A stretch of DNA of 32,000 nucleotides from Prochlorococcus sp. MIT 0801 (GCF_000757865.1 NZ_CP007754.1:300001-332000), one strand, 5' to 3'. Positions 1 to 9,899 are shown, counted from the first letter of the stretch. Notes: generated by a model from the letters alone, not told the origin. Program-made: numbers and translations.

Positions 1-418
1 AGATCCTGGAATGAAAAAATGTGGTTTATTATTGGCTGATATTCAATCCGGAAAAGTTATTGAGGCAGGTGTAGCTTCATTAAATAAATCTTCTGATTTA
101 GTTTCTCGATGGAATGAAGATTACGACATTATCAATATAATAATTGGTGATGGAACTAATTGTAAGTATATAGGGAATAAATTAAAACGAAATAATTTTT
201 TGAATATAAATTATGTGAATGAAAGAGGATCAACGCTAAGAGCAAGATTTAGATATTGGCAAATTTGGCCTCCAAATTATTTTATTCGTTGGCTTCCAAA
301 AGAAATTCTTTTTCCTCCTGCGAATCTTGATGCAATTGTCGCGTTGATTTTATTGGAAGATTTTTTAAAATATAGATTTATTTGGCCAGCTAAAGTCAGT
401 ATTAAAACTTGGCCCTAA
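1..418 (+). CDS. YqgF/RuvX-like RNase-H-fold nuclease family protein (conserved hypothetical), probably 5'-truncated by the window edge
   Basis: The frame is open to the window edge: codons GAT CCT GGA (DPG) precede the first ATG at 11. 'DPG..CGLLLAD', 'IIIGDGTN', 'VNERGSTLRAR' and C-terminal 'LDAIVALILLEDFL' resemble the YqgF/RuvX layout (G-D-x-G, vvvG, DER-S/T-T, DxxAAxxIL). Recognised by eye only. Confidence 0.6.
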   Translation, partial: DPGMKKCGLLLADIQSGKVIEAGVASLNKSSDLVSRWNEDYDIINIIIGDGTNCKYIGNKLKRNNFLNINYVNERGSTLRARFRYWQIWPPNYFIRWLPKEILFPPANLDAIVALILLEDFLKYRFIWPAKVSIKTWP

Positions 419-659
419 CTGTAAAAATGTAATCTCCACCAGACTCAAGTTTATAATCAGCTTTTACTAAATAGCGCTCTAATGCATCTTTTATTAGCGC
501 CCTGCCTAGTGGCGGTTCGACAAAAAGTTGTCCCTGATTAAAAGCCCAAATAAAACTCCACTCAAAATTTCCTGCACGGACAATCCCCTCAACTTTTTTT
601 TGATTAAAGCATTGCTTATGAATTTGAAGATATGCAGTAGTTGATGGCTTGTTATACAT
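402..659 (-). CDS. Conserved hypothetical protein, 85 aa
   Basis: An 85-codon open frame is unlikely by chance in stop-rich, ~30% GC DNA. Amino-acid composition is balanced and the ORF fits tightly between neighbours. No motif recognised. Confidence 0.55.
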   Translation of the reverse strand: MYNKPSTTAYLQIHKQCFNQKKVEGIVRAGNFEWSFIWAFNQGQLFVEPPLGRALIKDALERYLVKADYKLESGGDYIFTVRAKF

Positions 660-672
660 TTTTATAAAGTTA

Positions 673-1290
673 TTAAATGTTAGGTTTGTACGAATTTAGT
701 CGAGTAGTTATCTTTTCCCAATTATTAGATGTAATTGATTCAATACAACTAATTATTTCATGAATGATTAAATCTAATATTATGAATTCATCTTTTGAAA
801 ATTTTCCTAAAACGTGAGAAACAGTTTTAGATTTCCTCTCTTGTTGGTCGTTACTTGGCGCTCCTATACCAATCTTTAATCGCTTAAACTCATCAGTACC
901 AAGATGGTTGATAATGCTTTTCAATCCATTATGACCTCCTGAGCTGCCTTTAGAGCGGACTCTTATTTTTCCCAGAGGGAGATCCATGTCGTCGACTAAG
1001 ACTATTAATTGATTATTTTTAAAATTAAACCAATCCTTTGTTGATCTTACTGATTTTCCACTTTCATTCATGTATGTGTTGGGCATTAAAAGCCTAGTTT
1101 TTTCTATACCTGAGCCGTATTCACAAGTCCTGCCAAATAGTTTTTTGCTTTCACTAAAGCTACAATTATTTTTTCTCGCTATTTTTTCTAACACTATAAA
1201 TCCGACATTATGACGAGTTTTTTCGTACGCAGTCCCCGGATTGCCTAAGCCTACTAATAATTTCAAGTCATCGGACAACATACCAATCAA
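673..1290 (-). CDS. pth: Peptidyl-tRNA hydrolase
   Basis: Pth signatures 'LLVGLGNPGTAYEKTRHNVGF' and 'GGHNGLKSI'. The longest ORF starts with TTG at 1290. An ATG three codons downstream (1281) gives 'MLSDDLKLLVGLGNPG' and is the more likely start. Confidence 0.93.
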   Translation of the reverse strand: MIGMLSDDLKLLVGLGNPGTAYEKTRHNVGFIVLEKIARKNNCSFSESKKLFGRTCEYGSGIEKTRLLMPNTYMNESGKSVRSTKDWFNFKNNQLIVLVDDMDLPLGKIRVRSKGSSGGHNGLKSIINHLGTDEFKRLKIGIGAPSNDQQERKSKTVSHVLGKFSKDEFIILDLIIHEIISCIESITSNNWEKITTRLNSYKPNI

Positions 1291-1342
1291 ACAAAATCGT
1301 TGTTGATTTTAATAGTTAGATGTTTAGTTAATTTTCTGGAAA

Positions 1343-1558
1343 TTAATTTTCTTTGTCCACAATGTTTTCATTTGCAGACTCTTCTTCTTTCATGGCGTTT
1401 TGTATTTCACGCTCAAATTCCGTAGAGGCACTTTGAAGACCCTTTAAGGTTTTTCCAATAGTTCGCCCAAATTCGGGAAGTCGTTTTGGACCAAAAATAA
1501 TTAGTGCCAAGCCGGCAATAACAGCAATTTCTGGTAAACCAACCCCGAAAATATTCAT
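1343..1558 (-). CDS. tatA: Twin-arginine translocase subunit TatA/E
   Basis: N-terminal TM helix plus hinge: 'GLPEIAVIAGLALIIFGPKRLPEFGRTIGKTLKGLQ'. This is the classical TatA signature, followed by an acidic tail. Confidence 0.9.
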   Translation of the reverse strand: MNIFGVGLPEIAVIAGLALIIFGPKRLPEFGRTIGKTLKGLQSASTEFEREIQNAMKEEESANENIVDKEN

Positions 1559-1591
1559 GGGCGAATCTCAACTGCTCAAAATTTAACCAAT

Positions 1592-1789
1592 TTAGCCGTT
1601 CCAGTCGACGGAAAAACCCTGTAAAAGAAGTGATTGGTTATAAATTTGGAGCATGATCACTAGAAAAATCAGTAGTAAAAGTCCTATAAAGGCCATGACA
1701 GGTACTGCTCCCCAACCTGGAACAACTTTTCCTTGTCCAGAATTGCCAATGGATTTAAGCAAAGATCCAAGTGCTGTTTTTTGTCCCAT
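1592..1789 (-). CDS. psbH: Photosystem II reaction centre protein H
   Basis: 65 aa. '[27 protein letters not shown]' is the PsbH TM helix, and the N-terminus is typical of cyanobacterial PsbH. Confidence 0.95.
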   Translation of the reverse strand: MGQKTALGSLLKSIGNSGQGKVVPGWGAVPVMAFIGLLLLIFLVIMLQIYNQSLLLQGFSVDWNG

Positions 1790-2054
1790 GTCGTTTCTCT
1801 AAGCTCAGATTTGTATGAGTCAAGATATTGTATGAGAACTTGTCCAAAAGAAGAAGAGACTGTAGAAACTTGTGATGGAATGAACCAAAAAAATATTATT
1901 TTTGATAAATGTGGTCTAAAAAAGCTGAAAAACTAGCAAAATCACAAAACGAAATAAATTTGTAATTTTAGGAAATGGTATGAGAAAAATCGATCTTTCT
2001 ATTTGTTTCCTAGCTTTTATTGGCTTTCCCGAGGGATGAAAATTTTATTCATTT

Positions 2055-2083
2055 CCAAAAGTCTGTAACACCTTTGGTTTTTT
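2055..2083 (+). terminator. Intrinsic-terminator-like hairpin plus T6, with no annotated + strand gene upstream
   Basis: CCAAAaGT (2055-2062) pairs with ACcTTTGG (2070-2077): 7 bp with one A.C mismatch and a 7-nt loop. It is followed directly by TTTTTT (2078-2083). Confidence 0.35.
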
Positions 2084-2140
2084 GATTGGAGTTATTGACT
2101 TCATAGGATAGGTTAAATCTCTATTTAGTTGGTTAGATTC

Positions 2141-2269
2141 ATGCTTGCCCTCAAGATTTCCGTCTATACGGTCGTCTTTTTCTTTGTCGGGATCTTTTTG
2201 TTTGGTTTCTTGGCAAGTGATCCAACAAGGACACCCAACAGAAAGGATTTGGAAAGTCCCCAGGACTAA
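2141..2269 (+). CDS. psbI: Photosystem II reaction centre protein I
   Basis: Below the ORF-track length cut-off; found by hand translation. [42 protein letters not shown] (42 aa) matches the PsbI pattern (M.LK..VY.VV.FF...F.FGFLS.DP.R.P). Confidence 0.93.
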   Translation: MLALKISVYTVVFFFVGIFLFGFLASDPTRTPNRKDLESPQD

Positions 2270-2349
2270 AAATGACGCGCTAATTACTGGACTAAATAAG
2301 CTCCTGTAATTGCTTTATTCGGTATCATCTTTTCGTCGGCTTAACTCTT

Positions 2350-4344
2350 TTGACGGCGAATAAAAAATATCTATTGGCTTTAAACCTTGGACTTCTGGGG
2401 TTTAGTATATTACTGTCTTTATCTGAGACCTCAAGAGGAAAGGGGAATTCTCTCGGAAAATCAGTTATTGATAAACACTACAATTTTTCTGTTGGTAATT
2501 TAGTAGAAACCTATAAAAGGTCATCCTCAAGAAAATTAGAACATAATAAAGTTGCATCTTTAACTCTTAAAATATTTGCTGATAAGCAATATGATTATGA
2601 TCAAAATATTTATCTAGCCGAGGGGAATGTAAAGGCTCTAATAAATGGTGGAATTTTAAGATCTGACTTGTTAAGTTATGATAAATCAACAGGTACTCTT
2701 TCTGCTGAGGGTAATATTAGATTCAGAAAGGGAGGGCAATATTTTAGAGCTAAAGAATTCGAATTTAATTTGTTAAAGAAAGAAGGTAGTATTAAAGATG
2801 CATATGGGATATTAGATTTGAAAAATATATTAAATGATTTGGAAATCGATGCTAGTTCAAATCAGGTTAAAGCTCAGAATAAAATTAATGATAACAAAAT
2901 AAATACTTACGATGATGGAATAGAATTTTCTTTTGGAAATATTAAATTACCAGAAAATAAAATTACAAGATCTAATAAATCTATTGGTTCAATTAATAAC
3001 TGGAGATTTAAATCTGATTTAATAAATATTAAGGAAAATGGCTGGAAATCTAATAGAATTGTTTTTACTAATGATCCATTTGATCCAAATCAAATCTCTT
3101 TTGAGGGGATAGATGTTGTCGCAGAAGATGATGATGATAGATTAGTTATTACTAGTTCTAAAACTAATTTAATTCTTGAGAATAGATCGAAAATTTTTAT
3201 TGGAAAAAGAATATTTGGAGACCAAAAGAAAAAGAGAAGTAAATTTCAATTGATATTAGATAGTAAAGATCGTGACGGATTAGTCTTGGTAAGAAGAAGT
3301 AATACAACGAATATTAATAATAATATAGAACTTGATCTACAGCCTCAGTTTTTACTTAATAGAGCTTTTTTAGGTAAAACTAATAGCTATAAAAATAGTA
3401 AAAATAAAAATATTAATCTTGCTGACTTATTTGGTTTGAATATAAATCTAAAAGCAAGTAATGCCAATTGGCAATTTGATAGTTTAAATGATTTAAGTAC
3501 ATTAAATACATCTAGATTATTTTCTGGTTTAAGGCATTCAAGCTCTTTTAGAATACCTATTTTAGAAGAATCAACTTTCAATATGTTTACTGCTTATAGA
3601 TCTAGAGCTTGGAATGGAACAATTGGTGAGACTGAGATTAAATCTGCATTTGGAGGCTTTATCGAAAAGTCGCAGTATTTTACGACTGGCAATTTAAAAA
3701 ATAACTTAAAGATTAGGATAGGAACAGGTAGATATGAATCAGAAAAATTTGAAAATAGTGAAATGATTAGTCTTTGGCGCTCTAGTATTTTTTCTTCTTT
3801 AGATAGTGAATATCAAATCTGGAAAAGTAATAAAAATAATCTTCATCAAAATTTTGTAACGCCTTTATCCCCTGTTTTAATTGACTCTGAATTAGTCTTA
3901 AGAGCTAATATTGATTCAGCTTATTTTAAATATTTGCATGATAGTGATCAAGGCTTTCTTAAACTTAGTATTGGTCCCGAAATTAGACTAGGTAATTTAG
4001 AGAAAGATTTTTTTGATTATACAAAACTTTCTGTTATGCCAGGTTTGAAAATTAAATTTGGAAATAGTCCATTTAAATTTGATAACGCAATAGATTTAAA
4101 AACAATAAATATAAGTTTAATGCAACAAATATATGGACCTTTAATGTTTGATGTTGTTTCTAACTTAAATATTGATAGCAGTTCCAAAAACTATGGAGAA
4201 TATTATGATACAAAGTTAGGAATCTTATGGCATAAAAGAGCATACGAATGTGGGATTTACTATCATCCTAATAATGATGCAGGAGGCTTATATTTTCGTA
4301 TAAATGGATTTAAATTTGGTAATTCTACTAAAGCAGTATTTTAG
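2350..4344 (+). CDS. LptD/OstA-like outer-membrane protein (N-terminal OstA/LptA-like domain plus putative beta-barrel)
   Basis: TTG start. N-terminal hydrophobic segment 'LLALNLGLLGFSILLSL'. OstA-like repeat region 'YLAEGNVKALINGGILRSDLLSYDKSTGTLSAEGNIRFRKGGQYFRAKEFEFNL'. Alternating-residue C-terminal region ending in '...AVF', where a terminal Phe is typical of BAM substrates. Confidence 0.75.
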   Translation: MTANKKYLLALNLGLLGFSILLSLSETSRGKGNSLGKSVIDKHYNFSVGNLVETYKRSSSRKLEHNKVASLTLKIFADKQYDYDQNIYLAEGNVKALINGGILRSDLLSYDKSTGTLSAEGNIRFRKGGQYFRAKEFEFNLLKKEGSIKDAYGILDLKNILNDLEIDASSNQVKAQNKINDNKINTYDDGIEFSFGNIKLPENKITRSNKSIGSINNWRFKSDLINIKENGWKSNRIVFTNDPFDPNQISFEGIDVVAEDDDDRLVITSSKTNLILENRSKIFIGKRIFGDQKKKRSKFQLILDSKDRDGLVLVRRSNTTNINNNIELDLQPQFLLNRAFLGKTNSYKNSKNKNINLADLFGLNINLKASNANWQFDSLNDLSTLNTSRLFSGLRHSSSFRIPILEESTFNMFTAYRSRAWNGTIGETEIKSAFGGFIEKSQYFTTGNLKNNLKIRIGTGRYESEKFENSEMISLWRSSIFSSLDSEYQIWKSNKNNLHQNFVTPLSPVLIDSELVLRANIDSAYFKYLHDSDQGFLKLSIGPEIRLGNLEKDFFDYTKLSVMPGLKIKFGNSPFKFDNAIDLKTINISLMQQIYGPLMFDVVSNLNIDSSSKNYGEYYDTKLGILWHKRAYECGIYYHPNNDAGGLYFRINGFKFGNSTKAVF

Positions 4345-4961
4345 AGCTTTTGTTTGAAATTATTGAGATAAGGTAAGTTATTAAATGTTTTATTTATTTT
4401 TTCTTCTTCATCTAGTAGTTGAGAGGTGGCATCCCATTTGCCTGTAAAAAGCATATTGTAGGCTCCTTCATCAAGAATAAGTTTGACAGTTTCTTTTTGA
4501 TTAGAAATGGATAGGTTTTTAAGATTGAAATCCCAAATTTGGTTATTATTTATTTCAACTAGGTTTTGCAATTTAACTATTTCTTCTTTTGTGGCTGTTA
4601 GACAAGGTATCCCGAGAGCAAGGCAATTCCCAAAGAAGATCTCAGCAAAGCTTTCGCCAATAATTAATCTTATCCCCCATCTCATAAGAGCCTGAGGTGC
4701 ATGTTCTCGACTTGAGCCACAGCCAAAATTGTCATTAACAATAAGAATATTTGCCCCTTTATTATTTTCAAGATCAAATGGATGATTACCCTTTAGTTCT
4801 TTTCTATCATCAGCAAAGACTTGTTCTCCTAAAGCGGAAAAACTTACACATTTGAGAAATCTTGCAGGAATTATTCTGTCAGTGTCAACATCATCGCCTC
4901 TAATTGTAAGGCTGCGGCCTTGTATTGATTTGATTTCACCTTTTGGGAACTTTTGATTCAT
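4341..4961 (-). CDS. leuD: 3-isopropylmalate dehydratase small subunit
   Basis: 'NDNFGCGSSREHAPQAL' is the aconitase swivel-domain signature. Sits directly downstream of leuC. Confidence 0.95.
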   Translation of the reverse strand: MNQKFPKGEIKSIQGRSLTIRGDDVDTDRIIPARFLKCVSFSALGEQVFADDRKELKGNHPFDLENNKGANILIVNDNFGCGSSREHAPQALMRWGIRLIIGESFAEIFFGNCLALGIPCLTATKEEIVKLQNLVEINNNQIWDFNLKNLSISNQKETVKLILDEGAYNMLFTGKWDATSQLLDEEEKINKTFNNLPYLNNFKQKL

Positions 4962-4991
4962 TTTTCAATAAGTTTATTTTTAGTTTTACTC

Positions 4992-6395
4992 TTACAGGAA
5001 CTTTCTTACATCTGAAACCTTTCCATTTATTGCAGCAGCAGCAACCATAGCGGGGCTCATTAACAAGGTCCTCCCGTTTGCAGAGCCTTGTCGTCCTTTG
5101 AAATTTCTATTACTCGAACTAGCACTTATTTGTCTCCCTTCTAGTTTGTCTGGGTTCATGGCCAGACACATTGAGCAACCTGGTTCTCGCCATTCAAAAC
5201 CTGCTTTAAGGAATATTTTATCTAATCCTTTTTCTTTTGCCGCCTTAGCAACCTTTTGAGAACCAGGAACGACAAATGCTCTAATCCCAGCAGCGACAGT
5301 ATTACCTTTAACAACCTTAGATGCCTCTTGGAGATCACTTAATCTTCCATTGGTACAACTACCTATAAAACAAACATCAATTGATTGTCCCTCTATGGGT
5401 TCGTCTGGTTTAAGATTCATGTATTTGCAAGCATCTTTAGCGATTTGTTGCTCATTTTCGGGAAGCAACTCAGGGTTTGGAATTGTTTCTTTGATTGAAA
5501 TTCCTTGGCCAGGAGTTATACCCCAAGTAACAGTAGGTTCGATTGATGATCCATCTAATTGAATCTCATCATCGAATGTCGCTTTTGAATCACTAGCTAA
5601 ACTTTTCCACCAAGAAATAGCCCTATCCCATTCTTGACCTTTGGGCGCGTGTTCTTTCCCTTTAATATATTTGAAAGTAGTTTCATCTGGGTTGATATAA
5701 CCGCATCTTGCACCACCCTCAATAGCCATATTGCATATGGTCATTCGTCCCTCCATTGATAGCTTTTCTATTGCAGGCCCGGCAAATTCATATGCAAATC
5801 CAACGCCTCCTTTAACTCCAAGATGACGAATGATATGAAGAATTAGGTCTTTTGCATAGACTCCCTTTTGCAATTCACCCTCTACCCATATTCTTCTTAC
5901 TTTTAATTTATTCATTGCCAAGCTTTGACTGGCTAAAACATCTCGCACTTGACTAGTCCCAATACCAAAGGCAATTGCTCCAAATGCTCCATGGGTTGAG
6001 GTATGTGAATCTCCACAAGCTACTGTCATCCCAGGCTGGGTTAATCCTAATTCTGGAGCCATAACATGTACTATTCCTTGCGAATTACTTCCAATTCCGT
6101 GAAATTTTATCCCATGTGTTTTGCAGTTTTTTTCTAAAGTAGTCAACATTTCCTCGGCAAGAGGATCACTAAAAGGACGCTGCTGGTTTGAGGTCGGAAC
6201 TATATGGTCAACTGTTGCAACAGTAAGATTGGGAAACTTTACTCGAAGTTTTTTTTCATTAAGTGCAGAAAAAGCCTGAGGACTTGTAACTTCGTGAATT
6301 AAATGAAGACCAATAAAAAGTTGAGTCGATCCTCCAGGTAACTCTTTTACCTGATGGAAGTTCCAAACTTTGTCGTAGAGGGTTCTAGAACTCAA
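4992..6395 (-). CDS. leuC: 3-isopropylmalate dehydratase large subunit
   Basis: 'TLYDKVW', '[23 protein letters not shown]', 'IGSCTNGR' and 'CSMCLAMN' (Fe-S cysteine ligands). The start is TTG (6393-6395). No ATG alternative lies before the conserved N-terminus. Confidence 0.95.
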   Translation of the reverse strand: MSSRTLYDKVWNFHQVKELPGGSTQLFIGLHLIHEVTSPQAFSALNEKKLRVKFPNLTVATVDHIVPTSNQQRPFSDPLAEEMLTTLEKNCKTHGIKFHGIGSNSQGIVHVMAPELGLTQPGMTVACGDSHTSTHGAFGAIAFGIGTSQVRDVLASQSLAMNKLKVRRIWVEGELQKGVYAKDLILHIIRHLGVKGGVGFAYEFAGPAIEKLSMEGRMTICNMAIEGGARCGYINPDETTFKYIKGKEHAPKGQEWDRAISWWKSLASDSKATFDDEIQLDGSSIEPTVTWGITPGQGISIKETIPNPELLPENEQQIAKDACKYMNLKPDEPIEGQSIDVCFIGSCTNGRLSDLQEASKVVKGNTVAAGIRAFVVPGSQKVAKAAKEKGLDKIFLKAGFEWREPGCSMCLAMNPDKLEGRQISASSSNRNFKGRQGSANGRTLLMSPAMVAAAAINGKVSDVRKFL

Positions 6396-6418
6396 CTTTC
6401 AAATCCAATGATTAGGAC

Positions 6419-7711
6419 TTAATTTTCCATGATTATAGATAAACGTAATCTATCAAGAGCATTTAAAACGCTTAATTTTTGAATATCTTCTCTTGTCTTA
6501 TTAGATCCAAAATTTTCTTCCCATGTAATAAGGGTTTTTGGACCCTTAATACAAAAATTGACTAGACCAACTGGTTTTAATTTGCTTCCTCCAGTGGGGC
6601 CTGCAATTCCACTGACAGAGATAGCCCAGTTAACTTTGAATTTTATTTGGACGCCTCTCGCCATTGCTTCAACAACTGGCTTTGAGACTGCACCATGGGT
6701 ATTAATGATTTCCTCAGGCACACCTAGTAATCTCTGTTTAATTAAATTGTTGTATGCGATGACACCTCCATGGAAAATTTTTGAAGATCCAGGGATTTTT
6801 GTAAGTCTAGAACCTATTCCACCTCCGGTACATGATTCCGCAACAGCAATAGTTTCTTTTCTTTCCAGTAATAATTTAAATACAATTTCTTCAAGAGTTT
6901 CATTGTCTACACCAAAGCATTTTAATCCAGTGATTTGAGTTAATTCTTTTTTAATAGGTTCTATCAATCTATTGGTTTTTTCCGAATCCTCTCCTTTAGC
7001 TGTGATTCTTACCTTTACTTCTCCAGTGCTTGCATAAGTTGCAACAGTTGGGTTTTTTGATATTAGTAAATGAGGAATTTTGTCTGCTAGCAATGATTCA
7101 CTTATACCTGCAAAATGTAACACTTTGCTAGAGATAACTTCTTTTGATAAATTATTACTAATTAATAATTTTGATGCTTCTTTAACCCACATTTCTTTTA
7201 ACTCACTCGGGACTCCAGGGAAAGTAATTATTGTGAAATTTTCCTTTGGACTCCAAAAAATACCTGGGGCAGTTCCTGAGTAATTGTTTATAATTTTAGC
7301 GCCCCTTGGGACTAAGGATTGCTTCTTTTGACTTTCGGATAATTTACTATCCTTTTTGATTAACTTGTTTTTCAAGTCAATCAAAATATCATTTCTTTGT
7401 TCTAAAGGTGTTTGAAAAGTATCAGCAATCACCTTCGTTGTTATATCATCTGGAGTTGGTCCAAGCCCACCAGTTGTTATTAGAATTTCAGATCGATTAG
7501 ATGCTTCAAGTATTGCTTCTTCTAATCTGGCAGGGTTATCTCCAATAACGGTTTGTCTGAAATGTGGTATTCCTAAAATTGCTAATTGCTCTGCTATCCA
7601 TTGAGAATTTGTGTTTACAATATTTCCTAGAAGTATTTCACTTCCAATGCATAAAATCTCTGCTCCAAATTGATTTTTCTTGTTAATAGAAATTTCTTTA
7701 GATTTTTTCAC
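6419..7711 (-). CDS. cinA: CinA-family protein (MoCF-biosynthesis-like domain plus NMN amidohydrolase/PncC domain)
   Basis: '[11 protein letters not shown]...[13 protein letters not shown]' in the N-terminal domain and '[13 protein letters not shown]' in the C-terminal CinA domain. The start overlaps the glyA stop by 14 nt. Confidence 0.9.
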   Translation of the reverse strand: MKKSKEISINKKNQFGAEILCIGSEILLGNIVNTNSQWIAEQLAILGIPHFRQTVIGDNPARLEEAILEASNRSEILITTGGLGPTPDDITTKVIADTFQTPLEQRNDILIDLKNKLIKKDSKLSESQKKQSLVPRGAKIINNYSGTAPGIFWSPKENFTIITFPGVPSELKEMWVKEASKLLISNNLSKEVISSKVLHFAGISESLLADKIPHLLISKNPTVATYASTGEVKVRITAKGEDSEKTNRLIEPIKKELTQITGLKCFGVDNETLEEIVFKLLLERKETIAVAESCTGGGIGSRLTKIPGSSKIFHGGVIAYNNLIKQRLLGVPEEIINTHGAVSKPVVEAMARGVQIKFKVNWAISVSGIAGPTGGSKLKPVGLVNFCIKGPKTLITWEENFGSNKTREDIQKLSVLNALDRLRLSIIMEN

Positions 7712-8954
7712 TATATAAAGGAAACTTATCGCAAAGTTCAGATACTTTATTGATTGACTTTTCCTTTATATCTTCATCGTTAGGGTTAAGTAGTCTATCT
7801 GCAATAACATTACCAACATCTTCAAAGGCTTGTTCATTAAAACCTCTAGTAGTAAGGGCTGCTGAACCTAGCCTTAGCCCACTAGTAACAAATGGGGACT
7901 CGGGGTCAAAAGGTACAGTGTTTTTGTTCGCGGTTATTTTAATATCACTTACTAATTGATCAGCAACTTTACCTGTCATCCCAATGCTTCTAAGGTCAAG
8001 AAGAACTATATGATTGTCAGTTCCTTTGCTTACAATTGAAATTCCCCTTTTTTGAAGTTGATTAGAAAGAACTTGTGCATTTGAGATTACTTTTTGACTA
8101 TAGATCTTGAATTCGGGTGCAGAAGCTTCTTTGAAGGCAACAGCCTTGGCCGCGATTACATGTTCTAAAGGACCTCCTTGGGTGCCAGGAAATACTGCTT
8201 TATCAAGCTTTTTTCCTATCTCCTCATCTTTTGAGAGAATTAGTCCACCCCTTGGCCCTCTAAGAGTTTTGTGAGTGGTTGTTGTAACTACATCGCAATA
8301 TGGAATTGGACTTGGGTGAAGTCCACTCGCGACTAAACCAGCAATATGAGCAATATCAGCTAATAAATAAGCATTTACCTCATCAGCTATTGATCTGAAA
8401 GCCTGGAAGTCGATTTTTCGTGGATAGGCAGAGAATCCACAGATAATCAATTTTGGTTGATTTTCAATTGCTTTTTTTCTTATTGCATCCATATCGAGCA
8501 TTTCGGTCTTTTTATCAACTTCGTAATGGCAAGTCTTAAACCATTTGCCACTTACATTTACAGGTGAACCATGTGTGAGGTGACCTCCATGAGATAAGTC
8601 CATTCCCATGATTGTTTCCCCTGGCTTTAGAAGGCTAAGGAAAACTGCAAAGTTAGCTTGAGCTCCGCTGTGTGGTTGGACGTTTGCCCAGTTGGCACCA
8701 AAAAGGTTTTTTGCTCTATCTATTGCTAGTTGCTCAATTCCATCGACATACTCACATCCTCCGTAATAGCGTTTGTTAGGGAGACCTTCAGCATATTTAT
8801 TTGTTAGGACTGATCCTTGGGCTTCCATTACGGCCTTAGAGGCAAAATTCTCGCTTGCGATAAGCTCTAAATGAGTTTCTTGTCTTGATAATTCATTGTT
8901 TATTAATTTCGCAATACTTGGATCACATTCAATCAAAGAAGATTCAATAGTCAC
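7698..8954 (-). CDS. glyA: Serine hydroxymethyltransferase
   Basis: 'LELIASENF', 'SHGGHLTHG' and '[16 protein letters not shown]' (PLP-lysine motif). GTG start at 8952-8954. Confidence 0.95.
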   Translation of the reverse strand: MTIESSLIECDPSIAKLINNELSRQETHLELIASENFASKAVMEAQGSVLTNKYAEGLPNKRYYGGCEYVDGIEQLAIDRAKNLFGANWANVQPHSGAQANFAVFLSLLKPGETIMGMDLSHGGHLTHGSPVNVSGKWFKTCHYEVDKKTEMLDMDAIRKKAIENQPKLIICGFSAYPRKIDFQAFRSIADEVNAYLLADIAHIAGLVASGLHPSPIPYCDVVTTTTHKTLRGPRGGLILSKDEEIGKKLDKAVFPGTQGGPLEHVIAAKAVAFKEASAPEFKIYSQKVISNAQVLSNQLQKRGISIVSKGTDNHIVLLDLRSIGMTGKVADQLVSDIKITANKNTVPFDPESPFVTSGLRLGSAALTTRGFNEQAFEDVGNVIADRLLNPNDEDIKEKSINKVSELCDKFPLYSEKI

Positions 8955-9057
8955 TTTATTCTTTTATTCATAATTTGATAGTAAGCATATGTTTAGTCCA
9001 ATGAGAGAAAACTTTCTCTTATTTTCTGAATATATATGGATTTACAAATTTTTTAAA

Positions 9058-9131
9058 CGCGCCTGGAGAGATTCGAACTCCCGACCCTCTGATCCGTAGT
9101 CAGATGCTCTAATCCGCTGAGCTACAGGCGC
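9058..9131 (-). tRNA. tRNA-Arg (anticodon ACG)
   Basis: The reverse complement folds as a cloverleaf: acceptor GCGCCTG/CAGGCGC, D arm GCTC..GAGC, anticodon stem TCTGA/TCAGA with loop CTACGGA (ACG), and T arm GGGAG-TTCGAAT-CTCTC. 74 nt; CCA is not encoded. Confidence 0.93.
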
Positions 9132-9313
9132 ATGAAAAAACAATATCAGATAGTCTCCCAAAGAATAGAAAAATATGTTTGTATCTATGCCTTGAAAATT
9201 CATTAAAATCAGATCAAGAAACCTAAAAAGTTGTTATTCCATTAATTTTTTTAATTTTGAGAAAGTAACCAATCTCTGCCTAAGGTCATGAATAAGAGAA
9301 AACCCTAGGTTTT

Positions 9314-9610
9314 ATGTCCACTTCTATCGATGCATCGCAAATTAATGAGCTTGCGATGTCAATAGCTGACAGATTATTTATTCAAGTTGGAAATTGGAAC
9401 CTTTATCTAGGTGATGCTTGCCTTGCAAAGGACTTAGCTATTGAATGTCAGGCTAACTTTGATCAAGGTGCAAATGTTGCAGCTAGAAAAGGTCTTGAAG
9501 GAATTCAAGTAAAACTTGGCGGCGGTATCACGCGATTGCCGTTGTCAAAATTAATTCCACCAAATCAACTTTTTGACCTTGAGGAGATTTTAGAACCCTA
9601 TTGCAGATAA
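9314..9610 (+). CDS. Conserved hypothetical protein, 98 aa (cyanobacterial small protein)
   Basis: Clean ATG ORF with non-biased composition. I do not recognise a catalytic motif. I vaguely recall similar DUF-type cyanobacterial proteins but cannot verify this. Confidence 0.6.
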   Translation: MSTSIDASQINELAMSIADRLFIQVGNWNLYLGDACLAKDLAIECQANFDQGANVAARKGLEGIQVKLGGGITRLPLSKLIPPNQLFDLEEILEPYCR

Positions 9611-9635
9611 GATTTGATCAATTGCTTCTTTATTC

Positions 9636-9899
9636 TTGCTAATCATTCAGGTGACTAATGCTAGAGAGGTTGTAAGGCAGCGAATTGGTCGATTAGGAGA
9701 GAGACTTATAGGGAAAGTTGCTGATGCTGATGCACAGGTTGAAAAGGAATTAATGAAAGAGATGGAAATAGCTTTTAAAGAGTTTGGCATCGAAGCAAGA
9801 ATTCTCTCAGTAAGTGGAGTGAAAACGGATGAAATGAATTGTTTGGAAATTCCACTTAAAGTTAGATCAGAAAAAGATGTTTTTCTTAAAGACGAATAA
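9636..9899 (+). CDS. Conserved hypothetical protein, ~82-87 aa
   Basis: TTG start at 9636, with an alternative GTG at 9651. Charged, helical-looking sequence. The 3' end overlaps the murJ 3' end by 14 nt. Confidence 0.55.
   Translation: MLIIQVTNAREVVRQRIGRLGERLIGKVADADAQVEKELMKEMEIAFKEFGIEARILSVSGVKTDEMNCLEIPLKVRSEKDVFLKDE

Noticed and set aside
1733-1936. 67-aa + strand ORF that covers the psbH start and part of the psbH-psbI spacer. I considered it as a psbN candidate.
   Set aside because: It has no hydrophobic helix and no PsbN-like tail. Its sequence is Cys/Lys/Glu-rich and odd, and its first ~57 nt are antisense to the psbH coding region. It looks like a chance or shadow ORF.
6393-6395. 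Non-ATG start codons on several core genes: TTG for leuC, tgt, rdgB and the LptD-like gene, and GTG for glyA, sfsA and cobS.
   Set aside because: The fraction (about one in five) is within the normal bacterial range. In each case the conserved N-terminus begins a few codons downstream, so these are ordinary alternative starts. cobS is the exception and is reported separately.
6558-6938. 126-aa ORF antisense to cinA.
   Set aside because: It lies entirely inside a well-supported CDS on the other strand. The Pro/Ser/Thr/Leu-rich translation is typical of antisense shadow frames, and I recognise no motif. The same reasoning applies to 7080-7283, 7750-7959, 5350-5562, 4507-4695 and 3387-3581.
9004-9019. 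AGAGAAA-ac-TTTCTCT hairpin between tRNA-Arg and glyA. A similar GAGAAA-acc-TTTCTC lies at 18763-18777 and AAAACC-cta-GGTTTT at 9295-9309. I considered these as a shared regulatory motif or as terminators.
   Set aside because: The stems are short (6-7 bp) and AT-rich, the loops are 2-3 nt, no T-runs follow, and only two loosely similar copies exist. This is not distinguishable from chance.
9058-9899. tRNA-Arg followed by two small hypothetical genes, considered as a possible tRNA-targeted genomic islet. I asked the same question for tRNA(CAT) at 24724-24796.
   Set aside because: I could not spot an integrase, a direct repeat of the tRNA 3' end, a compositional break or any phage or mobile gene. 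The flanking genes are housekeeping and tightly packed.
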